Assembly: GCA_963776245.1 (NCBI GenBank)
Contig: CAVZLN010000006.1
Location: forward strand, 672,001 to 736,000
Source: Candidatus Eiseniibacteriota bacterium
GTDB lineage: Bacteria > Eisenbacteria > RBG-16-71-46
Length of the DNA stretch: 64,000 nucleotides
Direction of reading: 5' to 3'
This document shows, one piece after another, positions 62,799 to 64,000 of this stretch (position 1 is the first letter of the stretch; each line of letters starts with the position of its first letter). The position numbers and the translations under genes are program-made. The notes beneath the pieces are model-generated. The model worked only from the letters and a program-made list of their open reading frames with translations. It did not search any database and was not told the DNA's origin.

Positions 62799-64000
62799 TG
62801 GGCGCGTCCAGCAACTTCGGCGGCGAGCTCGGGCTGGTCGGGCTGTTCGACCTGGGGCAATTGCTCATGCTGAATCGCGCCACCGGCTGCCTCGCGGTGG
62901 TGGACGGCGCGCGCAAGGGCTACTTCTACTTCCGCGACGGCCGCATCATCAACGCGGTGGACGAGGACTTCCGCGAGGGCGAGGCCGCGGCGTTCCACCT
63001 GTTCACGTGGCGCACCGGTCGTTTCGATTTCCGTCCCGAGCCGCCCGGCGGCGACGGCCTGATCGACGTCGGCACCGAGGCGCTGATGCTCGAGGCCGCG
63101 CGCCGGATGGACGAAGCCGGACCGGGGGGCGAGGGCGCGGGCGAGGCCGGCCGGTTGCGCGAGCGGCAGGGCACCATGGAGGCGCTGCGCGAGGCGTTCA
63201 CGAGCGTGGCGCGCGAGGCGCGCGGGCTCACCCCCGCGGCGAGCGCGGTCGCGCCCGCGGGCCAGCTCGACGCGCTGCGCCACCCCGGCGACCGCCTGCT
63301 GTTCCGTCCCGGCCGGCCGGCCCGCCTCCGCACCCACGGCCTGTGGCGCGTGGCGCGCGACGCCGCGCTCTCGAACGCGGACTACGAGGACCTGCGGGCT
63401 CGCCTGCTCGGCCCGGACGGCCTCGAAGGCCCGACCGACGGTCCGCGCTGCGCCGTCACGCGTCTCGCCGATGGCCGCGCGTTCGAGGTCACGTTGGTGG
63501 CGGGCGCCGATGGCGAATCGCTCTGGCTGCGTCCCGCCGACCTCGAGCCGCCCGCGCTCGAAGGCGCGAGCGAGCGCCTCGACGCCGCGTTCGGCGCAAG
63601 GCGCGCGCTGGTGGTGGTGGGCGGCGAGGACCCCGACCAGGTGTCACGGCTGGTGCACGCGATGCTGGCGTGGCGGCTCGGGCAGGGCGACTCCGTGCTG
63701 CTGGCGGCCGACCACCCCGGCTGGCATCACGACGAAGGGCCGGGCGCGCTCATGGTGGCGAGCCCCGCGCAACTGGGCGCCGCGCTGGCGGCGATGGAGC
63801 CGGTCACGCTGGTGCTCGACCTGACGCAGGCCGCACCCGAGGGCGCCCTCGAGGCGCTCGACGGCGTGCGTCACATCGTGACGCGGGTGCCCGACACCGC
63901 GCGCCGGGCGATGGGGTCGCGCTGGACCGAACGTCTCGCGGCCGCGGACGCGCAGCGGGCCACCGCGCATCTCTCCGGCGCCGAGGTGGTGTGCGTGCGG
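62798..64000 (+). CDS. DUF4388 (PatA_N-like) domain fused to a degenerate PilT-like domain; runs off the window end
   Basis: Not in the ORF track. ATG overlaps the pilT stop (TGATG). FGGELGLVGLFDLGQLL...TGCL...FRDGRIINA...FTWRTGRFDF...LMLEAARRMDE, then segments colinear with PilT. Confidence 0.8.
   Translation, partial: MGASSNFGGELGLVGLFDLGQLLMLNRATGCLAVVDGARKGYFYFRDGRIINAVDEDFREGEAAAFHLFTWRTGRFDFRPEPPGGDGLIDVGTEALMLEAARRMDEAGPGGEGAGEAGRLRERQGTMEALREAFTSVAREARGLTPAASAVAPAGQLDALRHPGDRLLFRPGRPARLRTHGLWRVARDAALSNADYEDLRARLLGPDGLEGPTDGPRCAVTRLADGRAFEVTLVAGADGESLWLRPADLEPPALEGASERLDAAFGARRALVVVGGEDPDQVSRLVHAMLAWRLGQGDSVLLAADHPGWHHDEGPGALMVASPAQLGAALAAMEPVTLVLDLTQAAPEGALEALDGVRHIVTRVPDTARRAMGSRWTERLAAADAQRATAHLSGAEVVCVR

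Overview
High-GC bacterial chromosomal segment with about 50 genes. I found no rRNA, tRNA, CRISPR array, integrase or transposase. Many secreted proteins end in a FlgD-Ig/T9SS-sorting-like C-terminal domain (CTD; xPNPx...xYD(V/L)xGR(R/V)V...W(D)G...G(I/V)Y), and one ends in a WGxLKxxYR tail. This suggests an FCB-related lineage such as Ca. Eisenbacteria (inference only). Housekeeping content: HlyD/ABC-2 exporter operon, glpD-glpK, molybdate uptake (HTH-TOBE regulator, modABC, divergent porin), EVE-ligA-polX, P5C dehydrogenase, patatin/beta-barrel, DAACS symporter, YceI, fused aconitase-family enzyme and pilT. Many genes, including ligA, carry single-base frameshifts (densest at 40-46 kb), most likely consensus errors. 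Most interesting: (1) a 6.8-15 kb locus of CTD-bearing secreted proteins, with tandem paralogs sharing near-identical 3' ends but diverged, more AT-rich 5' parts, a divergent zincin/TolB-propeller giant, a relic of a deleted second partner, and a C12 tract in the spacer of overlapping divergent promoters; (2) CTD-tagged redox proteins (pentaheme cytochrome c, PQQ sugar dehydrogenase, cupredoxin); (3) a DUF4388-fused, Walker-A-less PilT paralog next to pilT; (4) an AT-richer islet with a broken CTD and two small membrane paralogs; (5) a long G-U-compatible hairpin element at about 4.2 kb; (6) a hairpin/uORF leader on glpD.
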